Source: Dehalococcoidia bacterium (GTDB lineage: Bacteria; Chloroflexota; Dehalococcoidia; Lucifugimonadales; UBA3495). From it: a stretch of 64,000 nucleotides of DNA. Below the pieces are notes generated by a model. The model searched no databases, was not told the origin of the DNA, and saw only the letters and a list, made by a program, of their open reading frames with translations. The DNA lies in the NCBI GenBank assembly GCA_965220105.1, contig OZ244811.1, positions 1,161,798 through 1,225,797 on the forward strand, read 5' to 3'. Below, one piece after another: positions 1 to 9,127 of the stretch. Each line of letters starts with the position of its first letter. Position 1 is the stretch's first letter. Position numbers and translations under genes: made by a program.

Positions 1-915
1 GACTTGATGGTCCCGGATCAGCTGGTGCGAAAGACGGTGTTGGTAGCCTGTCATGCTGTCCTGGCGCTTCTGCTCAACTCGTCGGAGCTCGGCCAGGGTC
101 TTGAGGTAGTTCTTCGAAGGTCGTTCGATCCAGCGAAACCGCCGCTTGTTCTTGCCGGCCCGTGTCTGCTGGCTGGTGAACCGAGCGCGGCCGTCTTTCA
201 GTACGGCGTCGCGTTGCCGTTGCATCTTGCGGAGCAGACGGTGCTTGACCTTGCGGTGCGGGCGGCTGTCGAAGCCTGGTAGCTGCAAGATGGTGCCGTC
301 ATCACTGACGGCCGTGATGTTGTGCTTTACGCCGGGGTCGATGCCTACCGACTGCTTTGCCGGTTCGCCGAGGTCTTTGGGTTCCTGCTGATATACCAGC
401 GATACGACCAGCCGGCGTGGCTTCAGCGTGATCCTGATTGCCTTTGGTTGCTCTCCTTTGGGCATCGGCTCGTCGGTCCGTAACCTGATGGAGGAGAGTC
501 CTTTGATCTGGACGGTGGCCCAGCCGTTCGGCTTTACTTTGAGGTGCTCGACGCTGGGCTCGGATATCTCGAGGGTGCGGTTCTGGTACGGACTTGCGGT
601 ATTGGGCCGGCCGACGTTGGGATGCTTGAAGTAGGTGCGGTAGGACTTGTTTACTTCGCGGGCGACCGACTCCAGCAGTTGGCGAGTGTACTTGTTGAAT
701 GTCGGGGCGTGGCGATGCAGGTCAGTGAGGTGGGTGTTCTGCAGGCTCAGGTTGAAGGCGTGTCGATGTGAGCCGTGTGCCGTGTCCCGGTGTCGGATCA
801 GGGCGTTGCGAAGGTGGCCCATCTTCAGCATGGCTTGTTCGAGTTGTCGGTAGCCAGCCCTTGAGGTGGTGGCCCGGTACTGCAGTGTGGTGGGTTGTAT
901 TCCTGATGCCTTCAT
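1..915 (-). CDS. tnpB: TnpB-like (IS200/IS605 OrfB) RNA-guided nuclease, 3' part cut off by the window edge
   Basis: Absent from the ORF track because it has no stop inside the window. My minus-strand translation from the ATG at 915 is open to base 1: MKASGIQPTTLQYRATTSRAGYRQLEQAML...KQSVGIDPGVKHNITAVSDDGTILQLPGFDSRPHRKVKHRLLRKMQRQRDAVLKDGRARFTSQQTRAGKNKRRFRWIERPSKNYLKTLAELRRVEQKRQDSMTGYQHRLSHQLIRDHQ. GIDPG is the RuvC-I motif and the overall layout is typical of TnpB. The + strand track ORFs at 4..965 are antisense to it. Confidence 0.8.
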   Translation of the reverse strand, partial: MKASGIQPTTLQYRATTSRAGYRQLEQAMLKMGHLRNALIRHRDTAHGSHRHAFNLSLQNTHLTDLHRHAPTFNKYTRQLLESVAREVNKSYRTYFKHPNVGRPNTASPYQNRTLEISEPSVEHLKVKPNGWATVQIKGLSSIRLRTDEPMPKGEQPKAIRITLKPRRLVVSLVYQQEPKDLGEPAKQSVGIDPGVKHNITAVSDDGTILQLPGFDSRPHRKVKHRLLRKMQRQRDAVLKDGRARFTSQQTRAGKNKRRFRWIERPSKNYLKTLAELRRVEQKRQDSMTGYQHRLSHQLIRDHQV

Positions 916-1051
916 GTCCTTATGTTACTTCCCATCTGAGCTGTGGAGTAGCGAAATCGCCTTGAGTCTGGCTGTTCTGGGTTTCCAGAGGAAACGCATG
1001 TCTGACTGGATTTCGTCTTTTTGTTCATGCTGCTCTTTGCCTTGCTGTCGT

Positions 1052-1483
1052 TTACCCGATGCTGATTGAGTCGTTCCAGAAGTCTCCGATGGTGCCTTCG
1101 AATCTCTCCCAAGTTGATCTGACGGTGGGGAACTCGGGGGTGTGGTTGTGAATGTACTCTCGTATCCGGCGGCCCATGTGGTCGGACAAATGGTCGGAGA
1201 GTTTTACTGAGCTTACTTTGGGGAATGAGTCGTCTTGGTTGGCGATTAGAAGGTTTGGGTTGTCTGGATTGGGAATGAGCACCCGGTGCTTGTTGCAGAT
1301 CTCGTCTACCGTACGGAAGGTTTTCGGGTCTGCGTCGGTGATCTCGACGATGACGGTGTTGTTGATTTCGCCCGGTTTACTGGTTACTGATCTCGGCTTG
1401 ATGCCTGTCAATTTCAGTTCTCGGCGAATTGATGCTGCTGTTTCCTTGGCCCTCGATGTGGTGTTGACTGACATTTGGTTCAC
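1052..1483 (-). CDS. hypothetical protein (143 aa)
   Basis: Track ORF with locally lower GC than its surroundings and no recognisable motif. Two minus-strand terminator-like hairpins lie just upstream of it. Confidence 0.4.
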   Translation of the reverse strand: MNQMSVNTTSRAKETAASIRRELKLTGIKPRSVTSKPGEINNTVIVEITDADPKTFRTVDEICNKHRVLIPNPDNPNLLIANQDDSFPKVSSVKLSDHLSDHMGRRIREYIHNHTPEFPTVRSTWERFEGTIGDFWNDSISIG

Positions 1484-1538
1484 CTCCTTGGGGTGTTTTG
1501 CGTTTTCCCCGTGCTATTCGCCCGTCCGTAGGTCGGGC

Positions 1539-1580
1539 GCGAAAAGGCCTGGGGTGCTCCCTTTCGGGGGAGTACCCCAG
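1539..1580 (-). terminator. rho-independent terminator-like hairpin (minus strand)
   Basis: 13-bp stem ctggggtgctccc / gggagtaccccag (1 mismatch) at 1549-1580. On the minus strand it is followed by gccttttcgc (T4). Confidence 0.45.
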
Positions 1581-1594
1581 ACCCCTTGGAGGTT

Positions 1595-1634
1595 CCAAAA
1601 GCGTGCGGGCGCTCCCTTTTGAGGAAGCGCCCGC
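1595..1634 (-). terminator. rho-independent terminator-like hairpin (minus strand)
   Basis: Stem gcgggcgctcc / ggaagcgcccgc at 1605-1634. On the minus strand it is followed by acgcttttgg (T4). It sits in tandem with the previous hairpin, downstream of the basic ORF 1690..1989. Confidence 0.45.
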
Positions 1635-2159
1635 CGGTTGGCTGCTGGGCTGATGCCGGTCAGGTTATGGCGATGGTGTTTCTTGTTGTTCAGTCCTCGT
1701 AGTCCCGGGAGGTTTCTCGACTGCCGCGGCTGAGCGATTTTTTGTGCTGTCCTGCCTCATTGCTGGGTTGTGTCGCGCTTGTTGGTTTTATGGGGCTTCG
1801 GTGGTGCGCCGAGGCGGGCTTCCTGTTTTGGCCAGGGGTTTGAGGCTTTGGCGTCGGATACTTTCTTTTGTGTGGCGTATTGAGATGACCTATTGATTTT
1901 GACCGGTTGTCTTGGCCAAAGACGTGCTCTCGCGGTCGTTTTAGGCTTGGATGCCCCAGAAGTCCTGAAAGGCGCGTTATCGTGGTCACAGCTCGTATTC
2001 GTGCCCTCTATGGCGATTTCTCAGCGATATCGGATGGTTGATTTTGGGGTGGGCGAGTTATGGCGCTGTGGCCGGGATACTGGCGTGGTTCTGGAAAAGA
2101 AAAGCCCGACCGCCTCTCGGCAGGTCGGGTTGGCTGGCAGTTTCCGCCGGCGTTCGCCG

Positions 2160-2594
2160 TTATTGTTGCGGCGGGTCTTCCGGCGTAGGTTGGGGCGGCG
2201 GTTCGTCGAAGGGCAATCCCTTCGTCTCTGCCTCCGCTTTTCGATTCGCCCAGTTCATGGTTTCGTCGATCCCTTCGGCTCGGCCTTCGGCTGTTCCTCT
2301 GGCTTCGGCGTTGGTCTCGATGGGACGGACTAGGAGATCGTACAGTTTGTCGAGGACGCGCATAGCGAATATCCTCCTGATTGAATACGCTTGTCTCCAA
2401 GCGGTGGTGATCAAGGCGGACAGTATCATCGCGATGGCCACGATGGCGAGCACCGTCTGGCCGAAGTTGATTGTCGCCGTCTTGACGTGTTCGGGTGTGA
2501 GGGTTTTGGCTTGGATGACGTCATCGTAGGTGATGTACGCCAGAGCGACAACCGACATGGAGATCACCATTGGGAAAAAGATCTTCGCCTGCAC
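2160..2594 (-). CDS. hypothetical membrane protein (144 aa, two hydrophobic helices, Pro/Glu-rich tail)
   Basis: Track ORF with hydrophobic segments IFFPMVISMSVVALAYI and TVLAIVAIAMILSALITTAW. No family was recognised. Confidence 0.45.
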   Translation of the reverse strand: MQAKIFFPMVISMSVVALAYITYDDVIQAKTLTPEHVKTATINFGQTVLAIVAIAMILSALITTAWRQAYSIRRIFAMRVLDKLYDLLVRPIETNAEARGTAEGRAEGIDETMNWANRKAEAETKGLPFDEPPPQPTPEDPPQQ

Positions 2595-2813
2595 GCTGGT
2601 GATGCTCCATATTGCGACGCGCTCATCTCCCCCTCTTGCCTTCAGGGCTTCGTTGGCCTTGCGTATGGCGAGCGCTAGTGTCCTGTATTCGTAGTTCGTC
2701 GTCTTATTCCGAGGCTTTCCAAAAGGACAGAAAAACGCATTCGTGCTTGAAGCAGAGTAACAGATCGGCGTAGGTCGGCCCTTTATTTCCCAATGAACTA
2801 CGGATACACCACA

Positions 2814-3525
2814 CTAGAAACCGGGCCGGAAAGCCCTGATTTGGAAGTGGAGTTGCGGCAGTAAAGCCGAGACGAACAAAATCAGGGACCATAGTTGTCC
2901 GAGCCGGACGGCGCTGAAATTGGCCGCCGCATTGGCGACCACAGCGCGGACAACATTGCGGACGACGCGGTGGCCTGCTGCGCCGCCATCGGTACTGCCC
3001 AACAGCCCGATTTTGCCCGCCACCAGGGTCAGGTTGGCCACCGTGGCCGCCAGATACAGCTGGAATGTCGTCTTGACCCTACCGAAGTAGCGGGACTGGC
3101 GGATTCCCAGCTGGACCAGCCGGGCCAATCTGTGCTCCACTACCACCCGTCGCGCTCGATACTCGTCGTAGTCGGCGCTCTGCTGCAGGGCCCGGGCCTG
3201 TTGCAGCAGGGCTTCCTGGGGATGGATCAGCACCCGTCGACCCTGCCGGCCTTGGGCCGCGATGCACTGGGAGCGCAGTGGACATACCCGACATACCGCT
3301 CCATCAAACTGGAAAGCCTGCAATCGGTAAGTGCGACCGGTGCGGTCAGTCCGTTTTCCCGCCGGCACGATGGCGTGGGTAACCTGTCCCGCCGGACAGG
3401 TGCAGCTGCCCGCGGCCAGGTCAAGGTGAAAGTCATTCTTGGGAAAGTGTTTCCGGTTGGGCCGGCCCGGCGCTTTGGCCACCAACCGGCGTCCCGCGTC
3501 GGCGAAGGTCTGGCGGGTCCCGCCG
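2814..3525 (-). pseudogene. IS5/IS1182-type DDE transposase, C-terminal fragment, truncated by the IS701-family insertion at 3526
   Basis: Track ORF 2814..3485 contains ...CTCPAGQ...FDGAVCRVCPLRSQCIAAQGRQGRRVLIHPQEALLQQAR...YRARRVVVEHRLARLVQLGIRQSRYFGRVKT..LAATVANL, the typical C-terminal region of this transposase type. The frame stays open upstream (GDGGTRQTFADAGRRLVAKAPG) right up to the inverted repeat at 3526. Confidence 0.6.
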
Positions 3526-3536
3526 TCCCCTTAGTA

Positions 3537-3754
3537 TTACAGTCGCGCATATGGTGAAGGTCTCTGAAGGCGTCTCCGGTAATGACACTGCATGGCCCGA
3601 GCCTGATGCCGCCGTCTCCACCACGACCATCCAATGGTCAGGGCAGGACTGCCGCGAGGTAGCCACCGCAGCCGGCATAGCAGCCGTCTGACCTCGGGCA
3701 CGGTCAGTGGGATGAGCTCTCCCGGGAGCACATCGCAGTAGAGTACCGGGAGGT
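3537..3754 (-). pseudogene. IS701-family transposase, C-terminal piece (separated from the rest by IS256)
   Basis: The track ORF 3537..3731 reads LPGELIPLTVPEVRRLLCRLRWLPRGSPALTIGWSWWRRRHQARAMQCHYRRR. This is the characteristic IS701 C-terminus (SxWRRRHQARARxCHY). Confidence 0.7.
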
Positions 3755-5083
3755 GGTGTAAGAGTTAGGCGGTTGGCAAAACGCTGACCACCGCGTCATC
3801 CTTGTGGAATCACAACAACCCAACCAAGGAGAACGACGGTGGTCAAACACAGCATGGATCTTTTGGAATTATTACGCAAGCGTGGTATGGACGGAGACGT
3901 GGACTTTCTGCGGGAAGCACTGCGGGTCCTGGTGGACGGCATCATGGACGCCGAGGTTTCCGCCCAGATCGGCGCTCAGCACGGCGAACGCAGCCCGGAG
4001 CGGGTCACCTACCGCAACGGCTACCGCAACCGCACCTGGGACACCCGGGTCGGCACCATGGCGTTGCACATTCCCAAGCTGCGGGAGGGCAGCTACTTCC
4101 CCAGCCTGCTGGAACCGCGGCGGCGCAGCGAGAAGGCTCTGCTGGCCGTCATCCAGCAAGCCTACGTGGAGGGAGTGTCCACCCGTCGGGTGGATGACCT
4201 GATCAAGGCCCTGGGTTGCGACGGCATCTCCAGCAGCCAGGTGTCGCGCATCTGCGAGCAACTGGACGAAGTGGTGGAGAGTTTCTTGGGTCGGCCCCTG
4301 GACGGCGGCCCCTACCCCTACGTCTGGCTGGACGGCCTGACCCAGAAGGTCCGTGAGGGCGGCCGCATCGTCAACGTCTGCGTGGTGGTGGCGACGGGGG
4401 TCAATGCCGACGGGCAGCGGGAGGTCCTGGGTATGGACGTGGGCGCCAGCGAGGACGGCGCCTTCTGGCTGGCCTTCCTGCGGTCGCTGACCGCTCGTGG
4501 CCTCAGCGGGGTGGAGCTGGTTACCTCCGATGCCCACCAGGGGCTGAAGAACGCCATCGCCGCGGTGTTTGCTGGAGCCAGCTGGCAGCGCTGCCGCACC
4601 CACTTCATGGCCAACCTGCTCACCCGAGTGCCCAAGCGTGCCCAACCTGGCGTGGCCACCATGGTGCGCACCATCTACCAGCAACTGTCTCCCGCCGAGG
4701 TCCACGGCCAACTAGACCGAGTAGTGGAACAACTCCGGGAGCCCTTTCCCCAGGTGGCCGAACTGCTGGCGGACGCTGCGCCGGACATCCTGGCCTTCAC
4801 GGCCTTCCCAGTGGCCCACTGGCAGAAGCTCTGGTCCAACAACCCGCAGGAACGGCTGAACCGGGAGATAAGGCGCCGGACTGACGTGGTGGGCATCTTC
4901 CCCAACCGGCTGTCGGCGCGGCGCCTGGTGGGCGCGGTGCTGGCCGAGCAACACGACGAGTGGGCCGAAGCCCGCCGCTACCTCACCATCCCCAACGCCG
5001 CCGGCAACGAGGCACTGCCGGAGCCCAATATGCTGGACGCAGCGGCCTGATCAACATCAACGAGGATGACGCGCTTTTACACC
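3755..5083 (+). mobile_element. IS256-family insertion sequence (about 1.33 kb), boundaries approximate
   Basis: The left end ggtgtaagagttagg (from 3755) matches the reverse complement of the right end ggtgtaaaagcgcgt (ending 5083). It holds a single mutator-type transposase gene. I could not identify a clean 8-bp target duplication. Confidence 0.7.
3839..5050 (+). CDS. IS256-family (mutator-type) transposase
   Basis: 403-aa track ORF: MDLLELLRKRGMDGDVDFLREALRVLVDGIMDAEVSAQIGA...RNGYRNRTWDTRVGTMALHIPKLREGSYFPSLLEPRRRSEKALLAVIQQAYVEGVSTRRVDDL...VWLDGLTQKVREGGRIVNVCVVVATGVNADGQREVLGMDVG..SEDGAFWLAFLRSL..RGL. The true start may be the ATG at 3854. Confidence 0.9.
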   Translation: MVKHSMDLLELLRKRGMDGDVDFLREALRVLVDGIMDAEVSAQIGAQHGERSPERVTYRNGYRNRTWDTRVGTMALHIPKLREGSYFPSLLEPRRRSEKALLAVIQQAYVEGVSTRRVDDLIKALGCDGISSSQVSRICEQLDEVVESFLGRPLDGGPYPYVWLDGLTQKVREGGRIVNVCVVVATGVNADGQREVLGMDVGASEDGAFWLAFLRSLTARGLSGVELVTSDAHQGLKNAIAAVFAGASWQRCRTHFMANLLTRVPKRAQPGVATMVRTIYQQLSPAEVHGQLDRVVEQLREPFPQVAELLADAAPDILAFTAFPVAHWQKLWSNNPQERLNREIRRRTDVVGIFPNRLSARRLVGAVLAEQHDEWAEARRYLTIPNAAGNEALPEPNMLDAAA

Positions 5084-6322
5084 TATTGACGGGACGCTAC
5101 CAGCATCGCCCCCTTTGCCAGCGCCACCATCGGCGTAGGACCGGGTCACTTCAAGGAAGGCATGGACCAGTAACGCCAGGGTGATGTGACGGTACCACCC
5201 GACCCACCGCCGCACCGGGTATTCGTCCAACCCCACCTCCTGTTTGGCCGCTTTGAAGGCATCTTCGATGATCCACCGGGCGCCAGCCACGCGCACCAGT
5301 TCCGCCAGCGGCGCCTCCCCTACACCAAAACAGGCGTAGTAGGCCAGGTCCTCAGGATCGGTGATGCTGCGACGCGCCAATAGCCAATGCCCCTGAGCCG
5401 GCTCTGACCAAGGCCGTAGCGACACTCGGCTCCAATCGTAGCGGCGTGGCCTTTGCTACCGTCCCCAGCGCTCAGACGTTGCCACTGGTCATCGGGTATC
5501 TGCTCGGCCAACCGCCGCGCCGCCACCGGCGCGGCGCCACGCTCCGTGTCGGTCCACAACGGCGCATTACTCTTCACCGCCAGCACGTATGACCGCCAGC
5601 ACGTAGGGTAGGCCCTGCTCCTCCAGCCATCGGCGCAGTCGGCGGTCATTGCCGTACACCGTATCCCCAGTTACCCAGGCAAAAGGCACACCAGCACCTG
5701 TGGCTCGTTCAATCATCCCCTGGGCCAATTGTGCTTTGGTATTGTGCTTTGCTACGGAAGGCTACCGCTTCCGCCACCCCGGCTTCCCGCCGTCGCTCCC
5801 AGTCCTCCGCCCATTCCTGGGGCAGGTAAAGCTCCCGATCCAGCAAGGCTGGGCCATAACGACTGCCATAGGCCAGGACCCCCCGATCTGACAGTTCTCT
5901 ATCTTCTCCGCCGTGCCGCTGTACTGCCGCTTTACCCCCACCGACTTTTGGCCTTGCTTGAAGAACCCCGTCTCATCCACTACCAGCACCCCTCCCGGAT
6001 CGCCCAGATGCTCCACCACGTACCCTTGCAGGTCGTCCCGCACCCGGTCCGCATCCCAGTGGTACACCGCCAGCAACCGCTGCACCCCATCGGGCGTGGC
6101 GTCTCCAGCGTATTCGGCCAACTGCCATCCATTCTTGCGCTCCACCGACCCCAGCAATCCTTTCAGGTACGCCAGCACCCGCTGACGAGACTCACTGCGG
6201 CTGAAACGAAGCGCGATACGCGCGTGCAGCGCCTGGAGCCCAGCCTCCCAGTCCAGTGCTTCCTCCAGGGCGTCCTCTCCCTCCAGTAATGTCTGACCCA
6301 TTTCCAACCCCTCCGCTCTCAC
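5084..6322 (-). pseudogene. IS701-family transposase, N-terminal and central parts, frameshifted
   Basis: Three overlapping minus-strand track ORFs in different frames (5762..6322, 5320..5649, 5057..5425). They read ...[82 protein letters not shown]... and ...[43 protein letters not shown]. Confidence 0.75.
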
Positions 6323-6393
6323 CAGTAGTCATGGGCCTACCCTACCAAAGGTAAGCGCGACTGTAATACTAAGGGGGATCTCAGCCCCCAACC

Positions 6394-6617
6394 CGTCATT
6401 CCCGCGACGGGAGACCTTTGCATAACCTCCCGTCATTCCCGCGAAGGCGGGAATCCAGAGTGTGCCCAGATACGGGAGAAGCCTTCACTCTTACCCTCTC
6501 CCCAAGAAAAAGGGGGTTTTGCAAAGGTCACCGAAAGCGGGAATCCAGAACTGTTCGAGATAGGGAACGTCACCGCTCACAAACATTTCTGGATTCCGGG
6601 TCAAGCCCGGAATGACG
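6394..6617. repeat. cluster of REP/MITE-like palindromic repeats (cgtcattcccgcgaaggcgggaatccag type)
   Basis: There are four copies or partial copies: 6394-6414, 6431-6458, 6533-6550, and an inverted copy at 6589-6617 (tctggattccgggtcaagcccggaatgacg). Each can fold as a hairpin (gggaatcc / ggattccc). Track ORF 6418..6615 (SFPRRRESR...) is just their translation. Confidence 0.6.
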
Positions 6618-6635
6618 ATAGTGTCGCAGTCATAA

Positions 6636-6656
6636 CCCCTCAACTCTGAACAGTTA
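6636..6656. repeat. solo copy of the right-terminal sequence of the IS66-family element
   Basis: cccctcaactctgaacagtta (6636-6656) is identical over 21 bp to 24341-24361, the right end of the IS66-family element. No matching left end is nearby. Confidence 0.5.
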
Positions 6657-6761
6657 TCACCTACTTTCTCAAGTAGAAGCGGGGTAGCGGGTATGCGATA
6701 ATGGGCCATCACCCTGGACCTGGGTTGTGCTGCCCCGGGAACTGGGCTTCAAGGAGATAAC

Positions 6762-7514
6762 ATGAGGCTAGAGGGAAAAGTCGCGCTCATCAGCGGCGGC
6801 TCTCGGGGTCAGGGCGCGGTTGAAGCCAAGTTGTTCGCTCAGGAAGGCGCCAAGGTGGTGATTGGCGACATCCTCGACGCCGAGGGGCAGCGGATAGAGG
6901 CCGAAATCAACGAGACCGGCGGCGAGTGCGTCTACGTCCACCTCGACGTTACTTCTGAAGAAGACTGGCGCAACGCCATCGGCCAGGCTGTGTCCCGGTT
7001 CGGCAAGCTGGACATTCTGGTCAACAACGCCGGAATTTACCCGCCCGCCTCCATCGAAGACACGACGGAAGAGTTATGGGATCGGATCATGGACATCAAC
7101 GGAAAGGGCGTGTTCCTGGGCACCAAGCTCGCGATCCCCGAAATGCGGAAGGCCGGAGGCGGGTCCATCATCAACATCTCTTCCGTGGCGGGCCTTCGCG
7201 CCTCCGCCGGAGCAGCCGCCTACGGCGCGTCCAAGGGCGCGGTGAGGCTGCTCACCAAGTCCACGGCCATCCAATACGCTGGGGACAACATTCGCTGCAA
7301 CTCGGTACATCCCGGCGTTATTGAAACCGACATGACTTTGCCCAACCTTCTCAGGGACGAAGACGCCCGTCAGCGCAGCGCCGACAGGGTCCCCCTGGGC
7401 CGCATCGGACAGCCCGAAGACGTCGCCTGGGGCGTGCTTTTTTTGGCGTCCGACGAGTCTTCCTTTATGACCGGTAGCGAACTCGTCATCGACGGCGGCA
7501 GGACCGCCAGGTAA
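6762..7514 (+). CDS. short-chain dehydrogenase/reductase (classical SDR, FabG-like)
   Basis: 250 aa with Rossmann motif ISGGSRGQGA, NNAG, catalytic S...YGASK, and PGVIETDM. An RBS-like aaggag precedes the ATG. Confidence 0.9.
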   Translation: MRLEGKVALISGGSRGQGAVEAKLFAQEGAKVVIGDILDAEGQRIEAEINETGGECVYVHLDVTSEEDWRNAIGQAVSRFGKLDILVNNAGIYPPASIEDTTEELWDRIMDINGKGVFLGTKLAIPEMRKAGGGSIINISSVAGLRASAGAAAYGASKGAVRLLTKSTAIQYAGDNIRCNSVHPGVIETDMTLPNLLRDEDARQRSADRVPLGRIGQPEDVAWGVLFLASDESSFMTGSELVIDGGRTAR

Positions 7515-7596
7515 TCTGGGTCCCTTGCCGCCCCAACCCATCCCCTGCCTGCGAGGGACAACTGAGAAAACTCCAGCACACCCAAGAGGTGAAACC

Positions 7597-8268
7597 ATGC
7601 GTCAGAGCGCGGTCAGTTTCGAAACCAGCGGGCTCAGGTTTGAAGGTGTAGTCGCAGTCCCCGACGACATCTCGAACCCGGTGCTTGGGGTTGTCATCTG
7701 CCACCCCGGTCCCCTGAACGGCGGCAACATGGACAACAACGTGGTCATAGCCGTGTCCTTCGCCCTGGTGGAAGCGGGTTTCGCCACCATCAGGTTCAAC
7801 TTCCGCGGCGTCGGCAACAGCCAGGGCGAACACACTCGCGGTGAGTTGGAACACCAGGAAGCTCTGGCCGCCGCGGACCTGCTTCGCAACTGGCAGGGCG
7901 TTGACGGCGCCAAGATCGGGCTGGCTGGTTACTCCTTCGGCACGGGCATAATCCTCGGCAGCCCCGAGCTTCAGGCCCAAGCCTCGGTCTACGCCCTGGT
8001 GTCGCCGGGAATCGCCAGGTTGGAGAATTCTCCCCTCCAGCGCACCGAACACCCCGTCTTCATTATCTCCGGCGATCGGGACCGCCTGATCGAGGCCCCT
8101 AACCTGGACGAAGTCCTCAAGTCCTTCGATCGCCCTGTTACCTGTGAATTTGTCCCCGAAGTGGACCACTTTTGGGTTGGACGCGAGCCGGGGTTGGGCG
8201 AGAGAGTGGCCGAGTTCTTCACCGAGCACCTTGCCAGCGTGCCCGCGGGGAGCCCGGGTGACTCTTAG
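7597..8268 (+). CDS. alpha/beta-fold hydrolase
   Basis: I take the internal ATG at 7597, preceded by agaggtga, in track ORF 7525..8268. It reads MRQSAVSFETSGLRFEGVVAVP...VICHPGPLNGGNMDNNVV...FNFRGVGNSQG with nucleophile elbow GYSFG. Confidence 0.8.
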   Translation: MRQSAVSFETSGLRFEGVVAVPDDISNPVLGVVICHPGPLNGGNMDNNVVIAVSFALVEAGFATIRFNFRGVGNSQGEHTRGELEHQEALAAADLLRNWQGVDGAKIGLAGYSFGTGIILGSPELQAQASVYALVSPGIARLENSPLQRTEHPVFIISGDRDRLIEAPNLDEVLKSFDRPVTCEFVPEVDHFWVGREPGLGERVAEFFTEHLASVPAGSPGDS

Positions 8269-8284
8269 CCACGGACAGTCTCCA

Positions 8285-9127
8285 ATGCCTCAAGACCATA
8301 TCGCATCCACCGTCTCCACAACCAGGGAATACTACGACGGCCCCGCCGACGAGATTTACCGGCTGGTTTGGGGCGACAACCTACACCTGGGAGTGCCATG
8401 CAACCCGGACTGCCCCCACCCCGAGGCGATGGAGCACACCAACGAGATCATGGCCGGTTTCGCCGGCCTGAGTCCCCACGCCAGGGTCCTGGACCTGGGT
8501 TGTGGCTACGGCTCCACAGCCCGGTTCCTGGCCCAGAGCCGCGGTTGCAACGTCACTGGGATTAACATAAGTGAAAAGGAACTGGAACTCGCCCGGCAGC
8601 GGGCCTCTGAGTCCAGACTGGGTCCCTTGCTAAAATTCGAGACCGGAGATTTCCACTCTCTCAACTACGAGGACAGGTCCTTCGACGTGGTGTGGAGCCA
8701 GGAAGCCTTTCTGCACGGCGCGGACAAAGGCCGGATACTCTCCGAAGCCCATCGGGTCCTGGTGGAAGACGGGTTGCTGGTGTTCACGGACATAATGGTC
8801 ACCTCCGGCGCCTCCCTTTCCGACAGGCAACGCATTTACGATCGGATCCGCTCCCCCGGGATGTGGGACGCCAATGAGTACCGCCTGGCCCTGGCGGAAC
8901 ACGGTTTCGACGTCCGTCGGGAAGAAGACTGGTCCTCGCACGTCGCGCGTTCCTACGGATGGGTAAGGGACCGGCTGCTGAGAGAGCGCGGGACGCTTCT
9001 GCCCCGGACCGGCGCCGAAACCATAGCCCGGACCCTGGACGGTCTCGCCTTTTGGGTTGAATCGGCCAACGCCGGCAAAATAGGATGGTCCCTATTCGTG
9101 GCTTCGAAGATACCCCATGCAACCTGA
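8285..9127 (+). CDS. sarcosine/dimethylglycine N-methyltransferase-like SAM-dependent methyltransferase
   Basis: The ATG at 8285 is in frame within track ORF 8144..9127. It reads TTREYYDGPADEIYRLVWGDNLHLGV, SAM motif VLDLGCGYG, FDVVWSQEAFLH, and C-terminal KIGWSLFVASK. This closely follows the halophile SDMT pattern as I remember it. Confidence 0.75.
   Translation: MPQDHIASTVSTTREYYDGPADEIYRLVWGDNLHLGVPCNPDCPHPEAMEHTNEIMAGFAGLSPHARVLDLGCGYGSTARFLAQSRGCNVTGINISEKELELARQRASESRLGPLLKFETGDFHSLNYEDRSFDVVWSQEAFLHGADKGRILSEAHRVLVEDGLLVFTDIMVTSGASLSDRQRIYDRIRSPGMWDANEYRLALAEHGFDVRREEDWSSHVARSYGWVRDRLLRERGTLLPRTGAETIARTLDGLAFWVESANAGKIGWSLFVASKIPHAT

Larger units (their letters stand above)
3526..6376. 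mobile_element. IS701-family insertion sequence with perfect 22-bp terminal inverted repeats, itself interrupted by an IS256-family element
   Basis: ccccttagtattacagtcgcgc at 3526-3547 is the exact reverse complement of gcgcgactgtaatactaagggg at 6355-6376. The IS701-type transposase reading frames on the minus strand lie between them. Confidence 0.8.

Noticed and set aside
1690-1989. Track ORF 1690..1989 (a basic 99-aa protein) as a gene.
   Set aside because: It has no motif and a low-complexity basic composition. The only support is the pair of terminator-like hairpins downstream on the same strand, which is not enough to list it as a feature.
3747-5091. An 8-bp target-site duplication for the IS256-family element.
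   Set aside because: The flanks (..taccgggagg | and | tattgacggg..) share only cggga-like bases. I could not define a clean duplication, so the element ends are given as approximate.
6418-6615. Track ORF 6418..6615 (MHNLPSFPRRRESRVCPDTGE...) and ORF 16251..16499 (...EFVGANNHSPLQ...) as small proteins.
   Set aside because: Both are translations of palindromic REP-like repeats or hairpins seen directly in the DNA.
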